This document shows positions 37,130 through 55,651 of a stretch of DNA of 64,000 nucleotides, piece by piece. The stretch lies in the NCBI RefSeq assembly GCF_044647545.1, contig NZ_CP172818.1; one strand, written 5' to 3'. The position numbers and the translations under genes were made by a program. The DNA comes from Escherichia coli (GTDB lineage: Bacteria; Pseudomonadota; Gammaproteobacteria; Enterobacterales; Enterobacteriaceae). The notes under the pieces are model-generated. The model worked only from the letters and a program-made list of their open reading frames with translations, did no database searches and was not told the origin of the DNA. Position 1 is the first letter of the stretch, and the number at the start of each line of letters is the position of its first letter.

Positions 37130-37157
37130 TTGACTCTGTAGCGGGAAAGCGTATTAT
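37130..37157 (+). promoter_or_regulatory. rRNA operon promoter P2 (-35 ttgact, 16-nt spacer, -10 tattat)
   Basis: ttgactctgtagcgggaaagcgtattatgcacacc. Confidence 0.8.
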
Positions 37158-37338
37158 GCACACCCCGCACCGCTGAGAAAAAGCGAAGCGGCACTGCTCT
37201 TTAACAATTTATCAGACAATCTGTGTGGGCACTCGAAGATACGGATTCTTAACGTCGCAAGACGAAAAATGAATACCAAGTCTCAAGAGTGAACACGTAA
37301 TTCATTACGAAGTTTAATTCTTTGAGCATCAAACTTTT

Positions 37339-38880
<1,542 letters not shown>

Positions 38881-38958
38881 CCTTAAAGAAGCGTACTTTG
38901 AAGTGCTCACACAGATTGTCTGATAGAAAGTGAAAAGCAAGGCGTAAGCAGACGATAC

Positions 38959-39034
38959 GTCCCCTTCGTCTAGAGGCCCAGGACACCGCCCTTTCACGGC
39001 GGTAACAGGGGTTCGAATCCCCTAGGGGACGCCA
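38959..39034 (+). tRNA. gltT: tRNA-Glu (anticodon UUC) in the 16S-23S spacer
   Basis: gtccccttcgtctagaggcccaggacaccgccctttcacggcggtaacaggggttcgaatcccctaggggacgcca, 76 nt. Confidence 0.95.
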
Positions 39035-39229
39035 CTTGCTGGTTTGTGAGTGAAAGTCACCTGCCTTAATATCTCAAAACTCATCTTCGGGTGACGTTTG
39101 AGATATTTGCTCTTTAAAAATCTGGATCAAGCTGAAAATTGAAACACTGAATAGTCGAAAGATTATTCGTGAGTCTCTCAAATTTTCGCAACACGATGAT
39201 GAATCGAAAGAAACATCTTCGGGTTGTGA

Positions 39230-42134
<2,905 letters not shown>

Positions 42135-42225
42135 ACAACGCCGAAGATGTTTTGGCGGATGAGAGAAGATTTTCAGCCTGATACAGATTAAATCAGAACG
42201 CAGAAGCGGTCTGATAAACAGAATT

Positions 42226-42345
42226 TGCCTGGCGGCCTTAGCGCGGTGGTCCCACCTGACCCCATGCCGAACTCAGAAGTGAAACGCCGTAGCGCCGATG
42301 GTAGTGTGGGGTCTCCCCATGCGAGAGTAGGGAACTGCCAGGCAT
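42226..42345 (+). rRNA. rrfB: 5S ribosomal RNA
   Basis: tgcctggcggcc...gagagtagggaactgccaggcat, 120 nt. Confidence 0.95.
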
Positions 42346-42355
42346 CAAATTTAGC

Positions 42356-42395
42356 AGAAGGCCCAGTCGGAAGACTGGGCCTTTTTGCGTTTCTA
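42356..42395 (+). terminator. rRNA operon intrinsic terminator (single hairpin)
   Basis: agaaggcccagtcggaagactgggcctttttgcg: GC stem plus U-run immediately after the 5S gene. Confidence 0.8.
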
Positions 42396-42479
42396 CAAAC
42401 ACTCCCTGTCGTCATAACTACAAGCCATCCCCCCACAGATACGGTAAACTAGCCTCGTTTTTGCATCAGGAAAGCAGCT

Positions 42480-43508
42480 ATGAACCACTCCTTAAAACCC
42501 TGGAACACATTTGGCATTGATCATAATGCTCAGCACATTGTATGTGCCGAAGACGAACAACAACTACTCAATGCCTGGCAGCATGCAACCGCAAAAGGAC
42601 AATCCGTTCTTATTCTGGGTGAAGGAAGTAATGTACTTTTTCTGGAAGACTATCGCGGTACGGTGATCATCAACCGGATCAAAGGTATCGAAATTCATGA
42701 TGAACCTGATGCGTGGTATTTACATGTAGGAGCCGGAGAAAACTGGCATCGCCTGGTAAAATACACTTTGCAGGAAGGTATGCCTGGTCTGGAAAATCTG
42801 GCATTAATTCCTGGTTGTGTCGGCTCATCACCTATCCAGAATATTGGTGCTTATGGCGTAGAATTACAGCGAGTTTGCGCTTATGTTGACTGTGTTGAAC
42901 TGGCGACAGGCAAGCAAGTGCGCTTAACTGCCAAAGAGTGCCGTTTTGGCTATCGCGACAGTGTTTTTAAACATGAATACCAGGACCGCTTCGCCATTGT
43001 AGCCGTAGGTCTGCGTCTGCCAAAAGAGTGGCAACCTGTACTAACGTATGGTGACTTAACTCGTCTGGATCCTACAACCGTAACGCCACAGCAAGTATTT
43101 AATGCGGTGTGTCATATGCGCACCACCAAACTCCCTGATCCAAAAGTGAATGGCAATGCCGGTAGTTTCTTCAAAAACCCTGTTGTATCTGCCGAAACGG
43201 CTAAAGCATTACTGGCACAATTTCCAACAGCACCAAATTATCCCCAGGCGGATGGTTCAGTAAAACTGGCAGCAGGTTGGCTTATCGATCAGTGCCAGCT
43301 AAAAGGGATGCAAATGGGTGGGGCTGCGGTGCACCGTCAACAGGCGTTAGTCCTCATTAATGAAGACAATGCAAAAAGCGAAGATGTGGTGCAACTGGCA
43401 CATCATGTAAGACAAAAAGTGGGTGAAAAATTTAATGTCTGGCTTGAGCCTGAAGTTCGCTTTATTGGTGCATCAGGTGAAGTTAGCGCAGTGGAGACGA
43501 TTTCATGA
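42480..43508 (+). CDS. murB: UDP-N-acetylenolpyruvoylglucosamine reductase
   Basis: 342-aa [24 protein letters not shown]... Confidence 0.95.
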   Translation: MNHSLKPWNTFGIDHNAQHIVCAEDEQQLLNAWQHATAKGQSVLILGEGSNVLFLEDYRGTVIINRIKGIEIHDEPDAWYLHVGAGENWHRLVKYTLQEGMPGLENLALIPGCVGSSPIQNIGAYGVELQRVCAYVDCVELATGKQVRLTAKECRFGYRDSVFKHEYQDRFAIVAVGLRLPKEWQPVLTYGDLTRLDPTTVTPQQVFNAVCHMRTTKLPDPKVNGNAGSFFKNPVVSAETAKALLAQFPTAPNYPQADGSVKLAAGWLIDQCQLKGMQMGGAAVHRQQALVLINEDNAKSEDVVQLAHHVRQKVGEKFNVWLEPEVRFIGASGEVSAVETIS

Positions 43509-44470
43509 AGGATAATACCGTTCCGCTGAAATTAATCGCGCTGTTAGCGAATGGCGAATTTCACTCTGGTGAGCAGTTGGGTGAAACGTTAGGAATGAGC
43601 CGGGCGGCTATTAATAAACACATTCAGACACTGCGTGACTGGGGCGTTGATGTCTTTACCGTTCCGGGTAAAGGATACAGCCTGCCTGAGCCTATCCAGT
43701 TACTTAATGCTGAACAGATATTGGGTCAGCTGGATGGCGGTAGTGTAACTGTGCTACCCGTTATTGACTCCACGAATCAGTACCTTCTTGATCGTATCGG
43801 AGAGCTTAAATCGGGCGATGCCTGTGTTGCAGAATACCAGCAGGCTGGCCGTGGTCGCCGGGGTCGGAAATGGTTTTCGCCTTTTGGCGCAAACTTATAT
43901 TTGTCGATGTTCTGGCGTCTGGAACAAGGCCCGGCGGCGGCGATTGGTTTAAGTCTGGTTATCGGTATCGTGATGGCGGAAGTATTACGCAAGCTGGGTG
44001 CAGATAAAGTTCGTGTTAAATGGCCTAATGACCTCTATCTGCAGGATCGCAAGCTGGCAGGCATTCTTGTGGAGCTGACTGGTAAAACCGGCGATGCGGC
44101 GCAAATAGTCATTGGAGCCGGGATCAACATGGCAATGCGTCGTGTTGAAGAGAGTGTCGTTAATCAGGGGTGGATCACGCTGCAGGAAGCGGGGATCAAT
44201 CTCGATCGTAATACGTTGGCGGCCATGCTAATACGTGAATTACGCGCGGCGCTGGAACTCTTCGAACAAGAAGGATTGGCACCTTATCTTTCGCGCTGGG
44301 AAAAGCTGGATAATTTTATTAATCGCCCAGTGAAACTTATCATTGGTGATAAAGAAATATTTGGCATTTCACGCGGAATAGACAAACAGGGCGCTTTATT
44401 GCTTGAGCAGGATGGAATAATAAAACCCTGGATGGGCGGTGAAATATCCCTGCGTAGTGCAGAAAAATAA
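43505..44470 (+). CDS. birA: Biotin--[acetyl-CoA-carboxylase] ligase / biotin operon repressor
   Basis: 321-aa [53 protein letters not shown]...; 4-nt overlap with murB. Confidence 0.95.
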   Translation: MKDNTVPLKLIALLANGEFHSGEQLGETLGMSRAAINKHIQTLRDWGVDVFTVPGKGYSLPEPIQLLNAEQILGQLDGGSVTVLPVIDSTNQYLLDRIGELKSGDACVAEYQQAGRGRRGRKWFSPFGANLYLSMFWRLEQGPAAAIGLSLVIGIVMAEVLRKLGADKVRVKWPNDLYLQDRKLAGILVELTGKTGDAAQIVIGAGINMAMRRVEESVVNQGWITLQEAGINLDRNTLAAMLIRELRAALELFEQEGLAPYLSRWEKLDNFINRPVKLIIGDKEIFGISRGIDKQGALLLEQDGIIKPWMGGEISLRSAEK

Positions 44471-44498
44471 GAAAGGGGAGCATTAGCTCCCCTGCAAA

Positions 44499-45449
44499 TT
44501 ATTTGCGTAGTCTGACCTCTTCTACCGCATGATTAGCACTTTTCGTCAGGATTAAACTGGCGCGCTCACGAGTAGGTAGAATATTTTGCTTTAAGTTCAG
44601 CCAGTTGATCTCTTTCCACAACGTCATGGCAGTCTTAATAGCTTCTTCTTTAGTTAATTTCGCGTAGTTATGAAAATAGGAATCCGGGTCTGTAAAAGCC
44701 CCTTCGCGGAATTTCAGAAAACGGTTGATATACCATGTCTGAAGTAAGTCTTCCGGAGCATCAACATATATCGAAAAATCGACAAAATCAGAAACAAATA
44801 CATGATGTGGATCGTGTGGATAATCCATCCCGCTCTGTAAGACATTTAACCCTTCAAGAATTAAAATATCAGGCTGAACAACCGTTTTATCTCCATCCGG
44901 GATCACATCATAAATAAGATGCGAGTAAACAGGGGCTGTAACGTTTGGCACGCCGGACTTGAGATCGGAAACAAACTTCACCAGGCGATGCATATCATAC
45001 GATTCCGGGAAGCCTTTCTTCTTCATCAGACCTCGTTCTTTCAGAACCTGATTAGGGTGAAGGAAGCCATCTGTAGTGATCAGTTCAACACGACGATGTT
45101 CCGGCCAACGGCTTAATAGCGCCTGCAATACACGGGCGGTTGTACTTTTCCCCACCGCGACACTACCAGCAATACTGATAATGTAAGGAATGCGTTGCCC
45201 GTTGGTACCAAGAAACTGTTCCAGAACTGCCTGACGGCGCAGATTCGAGCTTATATAGAAGTTCAGCAAACGTGACAGAGGTAAATAGATCTCGGCAACT
45301 TCTTCTAACGAGAGATCTTCATTAATACCTTTGAGACGGGCGATCTCATCTTCCGATAACGTCATAGGTACGGAATCACGCAGAGCTGCCCACTGGTTGC
45401 GGTCAAACTGTAGGTAAGGCGTCATTAACGTTTGCTCTTTTATACTCAT
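44499..45449 (-). CDS. coaA: Pantothenate kinase
   Basis: 316 aa from internal Met ([20 protein letters not shown]...); P-loop GSVAVGKST. Confidence 0.93.
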
Positions 45450-45810
45450 AAGCATGTTTCTGGCGGTCATAGCTCTATCGGCAAAGCGATATTTGCCATG
45501 GCGCGTCACAGTTCTGTTGAATGGGTTAATGGGCAGGAGGGTAACACCAGATGGGGAGGAATAATAAGAAAAAATCTCTCCCAGGAAGCTATCGTTGAAA
45601 AGCAATGTGACAGATATTCCATCTGATAAAAAGAATTATGGTTTAGCAGGAGCGCATTGTTGAGCACAATGATGTTGAAAAAGTGTGCTAATCTGCCCTC
45701 CATTCGGCTGTTTCTTCATCGTGTCGCATAAAATGTGACCAATAAAACAAATTATGCAATTTTTTAGTTGCATGAACTCGCATGTCTCCATAGAATGCGC
45801 GCTACTTGAT

Positions 45811-45886
<76 letters not shown>

Positions 45887-45894
45887 TCAAGTCC

Positions 45895-45979
<85 letters not shown>

Positions 45980-46095
45980 ATTTCGGCCACGCGATGGCGT
46001 AGCCCGAGACGATAAGTTCGCTTACCGGCTCGAATAAAGAGAGCTTCTCTCGATATTCAGTGCAGAATGAAAATCAGGTAGCCGAGTTCCAGGAT

Positions 46096-46170
<75 letters not shown>

Positions 46171-46176
46171 AGATGT

Positions 46177-46252
46177 GCTGATATAGCTCAGTTGGTAGAG
46201 CGCACCCTTGGTAAGGGTGAGGTCGGCAGTTCGAATCTGCCTATCAGCACCA
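46177..46252 (+). tRNA. thrT: tRNA-Thr (anticodon GGU)
   Basis: gctgatatagctcagttggtagagcgcacccttggtaagggtgaggtcggcagttcgaatctgcctatcagcacca. Confidence 0.93.
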
Positions 46253-46330
46253 CTTCTTTTCTCCTCCCTGTTTTTTCCTTCTGTTTATTGCATTCAACAA
46301 GTCGGGCATGTTGCCTGGTTGATGTGGTGA

Positions 46331-47551
<1,221 letters not shown>

Positions 47552-47581
47552 TTGCCGATAACATTTGACGCAATGCGCACT

Positions 47582-47612
47582 AAAAGGGCATCATTTGATG
47601 CCCTTTTTGCAC
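47582..47612 (+). terminator. Intrinsic terminator downstream of tufB
   Basis: aaaagggcatcatttgatgccctttttg hairpin plus U-run. Confidence 0.75.
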
Positions 47613-47780
47613 GCTTTCGTACCAGAACCTGGCTCATCAGTGATTTTCTTTGTCATAATCATTGCTGAGACAGGCTCTGTTGAGGGCGTATAATCCGAAA
47701 AGCTAATACGCGTTTCGATTTGGTTTGCCTCGCGATCGCGGGGTGAAAATGTTTGTAGAAAACTTCTGACAGGTTGGTTT

Positions 47781-48164
47781 ATGAGTGCGAATACCGAAGC
47801 TCAAGGAAGCGGGCGCGGCCTGGAAGCGATGAAGTGGGTCGTTGTGGTGGCATTGCTCCTGGTGGCGATTGTCGGCAACTATCTTTATCGCGACATTATG
47901 CTGCCGCTGCGTGCGCTGGCCGTAGTAATTCTGATTGCTGCAGCGGGTGGTGTCGCGCTGTTAACGACAAAAGGTAAAGCTACCGTTGCTTTTGCCCGTG
48001 AAGCGCGTACCGAAGTCCGTAAGGTCATTTGGCCGACTCGCCAGGAAACATTGCACACCACGCTGATTGTGGCTGCGGTTACCGCAGTAATGTCACTGAT
48101 CCTGTGGGGACTGGATGGTATTCTGGTTCGCCTGGTATCCTTTATCACTGGCCTGAGGTTCTGA
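47781..48164 (+). CDS. secE: Protein translocase subunit SecE
   Basis: 127-aa [38 protein letters not shown]... Confidence 0.95.
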
Positions 48165-48165
48165 G

Positions 48166-48711
48166 ATGTCTGAAGCTCCTAAAAAGCGCTGGTACGTCGT
48201 TCAGGCGTTTTCCGGTTTTGAAGGCCGCGTAGCAACGTCGCTGCGTGAGCATATCAAATTACACAACATGGAAGATTTGTTTGGTGAAGTCATGGTACCA
48301 ACCGAAGAAGTGGTTGAAATCCGTGGCGGTCAGCGTCGCAAAAGCGAACGTAAATTCTTCCCTGGCTACGTCCTCGTTCAGATGGTGATGAACGACGCGA
48401 GCTGGCACCTGGTGCGCAGCGTACCGCGTGTGATGGGCTTCATCGGCGGTACTTCCGATCGTCCTGCACCAATCAGCGATAAAGAAGTCGATGCGATTAT
48501 GAACCGCCTGCAGCAGGTTGGTGATAAGCCGCGTCCGAAAACGCTGTTTGAACCGGGTGAAATGGTCCGTGTTAATGATGGTCCGTTCGCTGACTTCAAC
48601 GGTGTTGTTGAAGAAGTGGATTACGAGAAATCTCGTCTGAAAGTGTCTGTTTCTATCTTCGGTCGTGCGACCCCGGTAGAGCTGGACTTCAGCCAGGTTG
48701 AAAAAGCCTAA
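48166..48711 (+). CDS. nusG: Transcription termination/antitermination factor NusG
   Basis: 181-aa [36 protein letters not shown]... Confidence 0.97.
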
Positions 48712-48806
48712 CCCAGCGATCAAAAAAGCGGCGATTTAATCGTTGCACAAGGCGCGAGATTGGAATACAATTTCGCGCCTTTTGTTTTTATGGGCCTTGC
48801 CCGTAA

Positions 48807-50006
<1,200 letters not shown>

Positions 50007-50297
50007 TGCCTTTACGTGGGCGGTGATTTTGTCTACAATCTTACCCCCACGTATGCTAACGAAAGTTAGCAGCTAAAAAGATTTGTTCGTTGGAGCCTGG
50101 CCTATCCAGGCCTCCGTCGAAGACCGCAGGAGTTTCGCAAGAAACTTAATCCCCTGCGTAGACGGTGACAGAACGCTAAGATTATTCTTTTATATTCTGG
50201 CTTGTTTCTGCTCACCGTAATTAAGACGCTCTCTCCGTTTGGAGGAGTGAAGTGAGTTCCAGAGATTTTCTCTGGCAAACATCCAGGAGCAAAGCTA
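50007..50297 (+). promoter_or_regulatory. rplJ leader (site of L10-L12 translational autoregulation)
   Basis: Long untranslated leader between rplA and rplJ at the position of the known L10 operator; assigned by position, structure not verified. Confidence 0.55.
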
Positions 50298-50795
50298 ATG
50301 GCTTTAAATCTTCAAGACAAACAAGCGATTGTTGCTGAAGTCAGCGAAGTAGCCAAAGGCGCGCTGTCTGCAGTAGTTGCGGATTCCCGTGGCGTAACTG
50401 TAGATAAAATGACTGAACTGCGTAAAGCAGGTCGCGAAGCTGGCGTATACATGCGTGTTGTTCGTAACACCCTGCTGCGCCGTGCTGTTGAAGGTACTCC
50501 GTTCGAGTGCCTGAAAGACGCGTTTGTTGGTCCGACCCTGATTGCATACTCTATGGAACACCCGGGCGCTGCTGCTCGTCTGTTCAAAGAGTTCGCGAAA
50601 GCGAATGCAAAATTTGAGGTCAAAGCCGCTGCCTTTGAAGGTGAGCTGATCCCGGCGTCTCAGATCGACCGCCTGGCAACTCTGCCGACCTACGAAGAAG
50701 CAATTGCACGCCTGATGGCAACCATGAAAGAAGCTTCGGCTGGCAAACTGGTTCGTACTCTGGCTGCTGTACGCGATGCGAAAGAAGCTGCTTAA
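50298..50795 (+). CDS. rplJ: 50S ribosomal protein L10
   Basis: 165-aa [67 protein letters not shown]... Confidence 0.98.
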
Positions 50796-50861
50796 TCGCA
50801 GTTATCTTTTTAACGCATTCGCTTACGTATAAACTTATTCTGATATTCAGGAACAATTTAA

Positions 50862-51227
<366 letters not shown>

Positions 51228-51244
51228 GCCAACCCTTCCGGTTG

Positions 51245-51300
51245 CAGCCTGAGAAATCAGGCTGATGGCTGGTGACTTTTTAGTCACCAGCCTTTTTGCG
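51245..51300 (+). terminator. rplL-rpoB attenuator (partial intrinsic terminator)
   Basis: Two hairpins (cagcctgagaaatcaggctg; gctggtgactttttagtcaccagc) followed by cctttttg. Confidence 0.75.
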
Positions 51301-51546
51301 CTGTAAGGCGCCAGTAGCGTTTCACACTGTTTGACTACTGCTGTGCCTTTCAATGCTTGTTTCTATCGACGACTTAATATACTGCGACAGGACGTCCGTT
51401 CTGTGTAAATCGCAATGAAATGGTTTAAGCGTGATAGCAACAGGCATTGCGGAAAGTGTTCCATTTTCCGGTCAACAAAATAGTGTTGCACAAACTGTCC
51501 GCTCAATGGACAGATGGGTCGACTTGTCAGCGAGCTGAGGAACCCT

Positions 51547-54500
51547 ATGGTTTACTCCTATACCGAGAAAAAACGTATTCGTAAGGATTTTGGTAAACGT
51601 CCACAAGTTCTGGATGTACCTTATCTCCTTTCTATCCAGCTTGACTCGTTTCAGAAATTTATCGAGCAAGATCCTGAAGGGCAGTATGGTCTGGAAGCTG
51701 CTTTCCGTTCCGTATTCCCGATTCAGAGCTACAGCGGTAATTCCGAGCTGCAATACGTCAGCTACCGCCTTGGCGAACCGGTGTTTGACGTCCAGGAATG
51801 TCAAATCCGTGGCGTGACCTATTCCGCACCGCTGCGCGTTAAACTGCGTCTGGTGATCTATGAGCGCGAAGCGCCGGAAGGCACCGTAAAAGACATTAAA
51901 GAACAAGAAGTCTACATGGGCGAAATTCCGCTCATGACAGACAACGGTACCTTTGTTATCAACGGTACTGAGCGTGTTATCGTTTCCCAGCTGCACCGTA
52001 GTCCGGGCGTCTTCTTTGACTCCGACAAAGGTAAAACCCACTCTTCGGGTAAAGTGCTGTATAACGCGCGCATTATCCCTTACCGTGGTTCCTGGCTGGA
52101 CTTCGAATTCGATCCGAAGGACAACCTGTTCGTACGTATCGACCGTCGCCGTAAACTGCCTGCGACCATCATTCTGCGCGCCCTGAACTACACCACAGAG
52201 CAGATCCTCGACCTGTTCTTTGAAAAAGTTATCTTTGAAATCCGTGATAACAAGCTGCAGATGGAACTGGTGCCGGAACGCCTGCGTGGTGAAACCGCAT
52301 CTTTTGACATCGAAGCTAACGGTAAAGTGTACGTAGAAAAAGGCCGCCGTATCACTGCGCGCCACATTCGCCAGCTGGAAAAAGACGACGTCAAACTGAT
52401 CGAAGTCCCGGTTGAGTACATCGCAGGTAAAGTGGTTGCTAAAGACTATATTGATGAGTCTACCGGCGAGCTGATCTGCGCAGCGAACATGGAGCTGAGC
52501 CTGGATCTGCTGGCTAAGCTGAGCCAGTCTGGTCACAAGCGTATCGAAACGCTGTTCACCAACGATCTGGATCACGGCCCATATATCTCTGAAACCTTAC
52601 GTGTCGACCCAACTAACGACCGTCTGAGCGCACTGGTAGAAATCTACCGTATGATGCGCCCTGGCGAGCCGCCGACTCGTGAAGCAGCTGAAAGCCTGTT
52701 CGAGAACCTGTTCTTCTCCGAAGACCGTTATGACTTGTCTGCGGTTGGTCGTATGAAGTTCAACCGTTCTCTGCTGCGCGAAGAAATCGAAGGTTCCGGT
52801 ATCCTGAGCAAAGACGACATCATTGATGTTATGAAAAAGCTCATTGATATCCGTAACGGTAAAGGCGAAGTCGATGATATCGACCACCTCGGCAACCGTC
52901 GTATCCGTTCCGTTGGCGAAATGGCGGAAAACCAGTTCCGCGTTGGCCTGGTACGTGTAGAGCGTGCGGTGAAAGAGCGTCTGTCTCTGGGCGATCTGGA
53001 TACCCTGATGCCTCAGGATATGATCAACGCCAAGCCGATTTCTGCAGCAGTGAAAGAGTTCTTCGGTTCCAGCCAGCTGTCTCAGTTTATGGACCAGAAC
53101 AACCCGCTGTCTGAGATTACGCACAAACGTCGTATCTCCGCACTCGGCCCAGGTGGTCTGACCCGTGAACGTGCAGGCTTCGAAGTTCGAGACGTACACC
53201 CGACTCACTACGGTCGCGTATGTCCAATCGAAACCCCTGAAGGTCCGAACATCGGTCTGATCAACTCTCTGTCCGTGTACGCACAGACTAACGAATACGG
53301 CTTCCTTGAGACTCCGTATCGTAAAGTGACCGACGGTGTTGTAACTGACGAAATTCACTACCTGTCTGCTATCGAAGAAGGCAACTACGTTATCGCCCAG
53401 GCGAACTCCAACCTGGATGAAGAAGGCCACTTCGTAGAAGACCTGGTAACTTGCCGTAGCAAAGGCGAATCCAGCTTGTTCAGCCGCGACCAGGTTGACT
53501 ACATGGACGTATCCACCCAGCAGGTGGTATCCGTCGGTGCGTCCCTGATCCCGTTCCTGGAACACGATGACGCCAACCGTGCATTGATGGGTGCGAACAT
53601 GCAACGTCAGGCCGTTCCGACTCTGCGTGCTGATAAGCCGCTGGTTGGTACGGGTATGGAACGTGCTGTTGCCGTTGACTCCGGTGTAACTGCGGTTGCT
53701 AAACGTGGTGGTGTCGTTCAGTACGTGGATGCTTCCCGTATCGTTATCAAAGTTAACGAAGATGAGATGTATCCGGGTGAAGCAGGTATCGACATCTACA
53801 ACCTGACCAAGTACACCCGTTCTAACCAGAACACCTGTATCAACCAGATGCCGTGTGTGTCTCTGGGTGAACCGGTTGAACGTGGCGACGTGCTGGCAGA
53901 CGGTCCGTCCACCGACCTCGGTGAACTGGCGCTTGGTCAGAACATGCGCGTAGCGTTCATGCCGTGGAATGGTTACAACTTCGAAGACTCCATCCTCGTA
54001 TCCGAGCGTGTTGTTCAGGAAGACCGTTTCACCACCATCCACATTCAGGAACTGGCGTGTGTGTCCCGTGACACCAAGCTGGGGCCGGAAGAGATCACCG
54101 CTGACATCCCGAACGTGGGTGAAGCTGCTCTCTCCAAACTGGATGAATCCGGTATCGTTTACATTGGTGCGGAAGTGACCGGTGGCGACATTCTGGTTGG
54201 TAAGGTAACGCCGAAAGGTGAAACTCAGCTGACCCCAGAAGAAAAACTGCTGCGTGCGATCTTCGGTGAGAAAGCGTCTGACGTTAAAGACTCTTCTCTG
54301 CGCGTACCAAACGGTGTATCCGGTACGGTTATCGACGTTCAGGTCTTTACTCGCGATGGCGTAGAAAAAGACAAACGTGCGCTGGAAATCGAAGAAATGC
54401 AGCTCAAACAGGCGAAGAAAGACCTGTCTGAAGAACTGCAAATCCTCGAAGCGGGTCTGTTCAGCCGTATCCGTGCTGTGCTGGTAGCTGGTGGCGTTGA

Positions 54501-55575
54501 AGCTGAGAAGCTCGACAAACTGCCGCGCGATCGCTGGCTGGAGCTGGGCCTGACCGACGAAGAGAAACAAAATCAGCTGGAACAGCTGGCTGAGCAGTAT
54601 GACGAACTGAAACACGAGTTCGAGAAGAAACTCGAAGCGAAACGCCGCAAAATCACCCAGGGCGACGATCTGGCACCGGGCGTGCTGAAGATTGTTAAGG
54701 TATATCTGGCGGTTAAACGCCGTATCCAGCCTGGTGACAAGATGGCAGGTCGTCATGGTAACAAGGGTGTAATTTCTAAGATCAACCCGATCGAAGATAT
54801 GCCTTACGATGAAAACGGTACGCCGGTAGACATCGTACTGAACCCGCTGGGCGTACCGTCTCGTATGAACATTGGTCAGATCCTCGAAACCCACCTGGGT
54901 ATGGCTGCGAAAGGTATCGGCGACAAGATCAACGCCATGCTGAAACAGCAGCAAGAAGTCGCGAAACTGCGCGAATTCATCCAGCGTGCGTACGATCTGG
55001 GCGCTGATGTTCGTCAGAAAGTTGACCTGAGTACCTTCAGCGATGAAGAAGTTATGCGTCTGGCTGAAAACCTGCGCAAAGGTATGCCAATCGCAACGCC
55101 GGTGTTCGACGGTGCGAAAGAAGCAGAAATTAAAGAGCTGCTGAAACTTGGCGACCTGCCGACTTCTGGTCAGATCCGCCTGTACGACGGTCGCACTGGT
55201 GAACAGTTCGAGCGTCCGGTAACCGTTGGTTACATGTACATGCTGAAACTGAACCACCTGGTCGACGACAAGATGCACGCGCGTTCCACCGGTTCTTACA
55301 GCCTGGTTACTCAGCAGCCGCTGGGTGGTAAGGCACAGTTCGGTGGTCAGCGTTTCGGGGAGATGGAAGTGTGGGCGCTGGAAGCATACGGCGCAGCATA
55401 CACCCTGCAGGAAATGCTCACCGTTAAGTCTGATGACGTGAACGGTCGTACTAAGATGTATAAAAACATCGTGGACGGCAACCATCAGATGGAGCCGGGC
55501 ATGCCAGAATCCTTCAACGTATTGTTGAAAGAGATTCGTTCGCTGGGTATCAACATCGAACTGGAAGACGAGTAA
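51547..55575 (+). CDS. rpoB: DNA-directed RNA polymerase beta subunit
   Basis: 1342 aa from internal Met ([38 protein letters not shown]...). Confidence 0.98.
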
Positions 55576-55651
55576 TTCTCGCTCAAACAGGTCACTGCTG
55601 TCGGGGTAAAACCCGGCAGCGGATTGTGCTAACTCCGACGGGAGCAAATCC

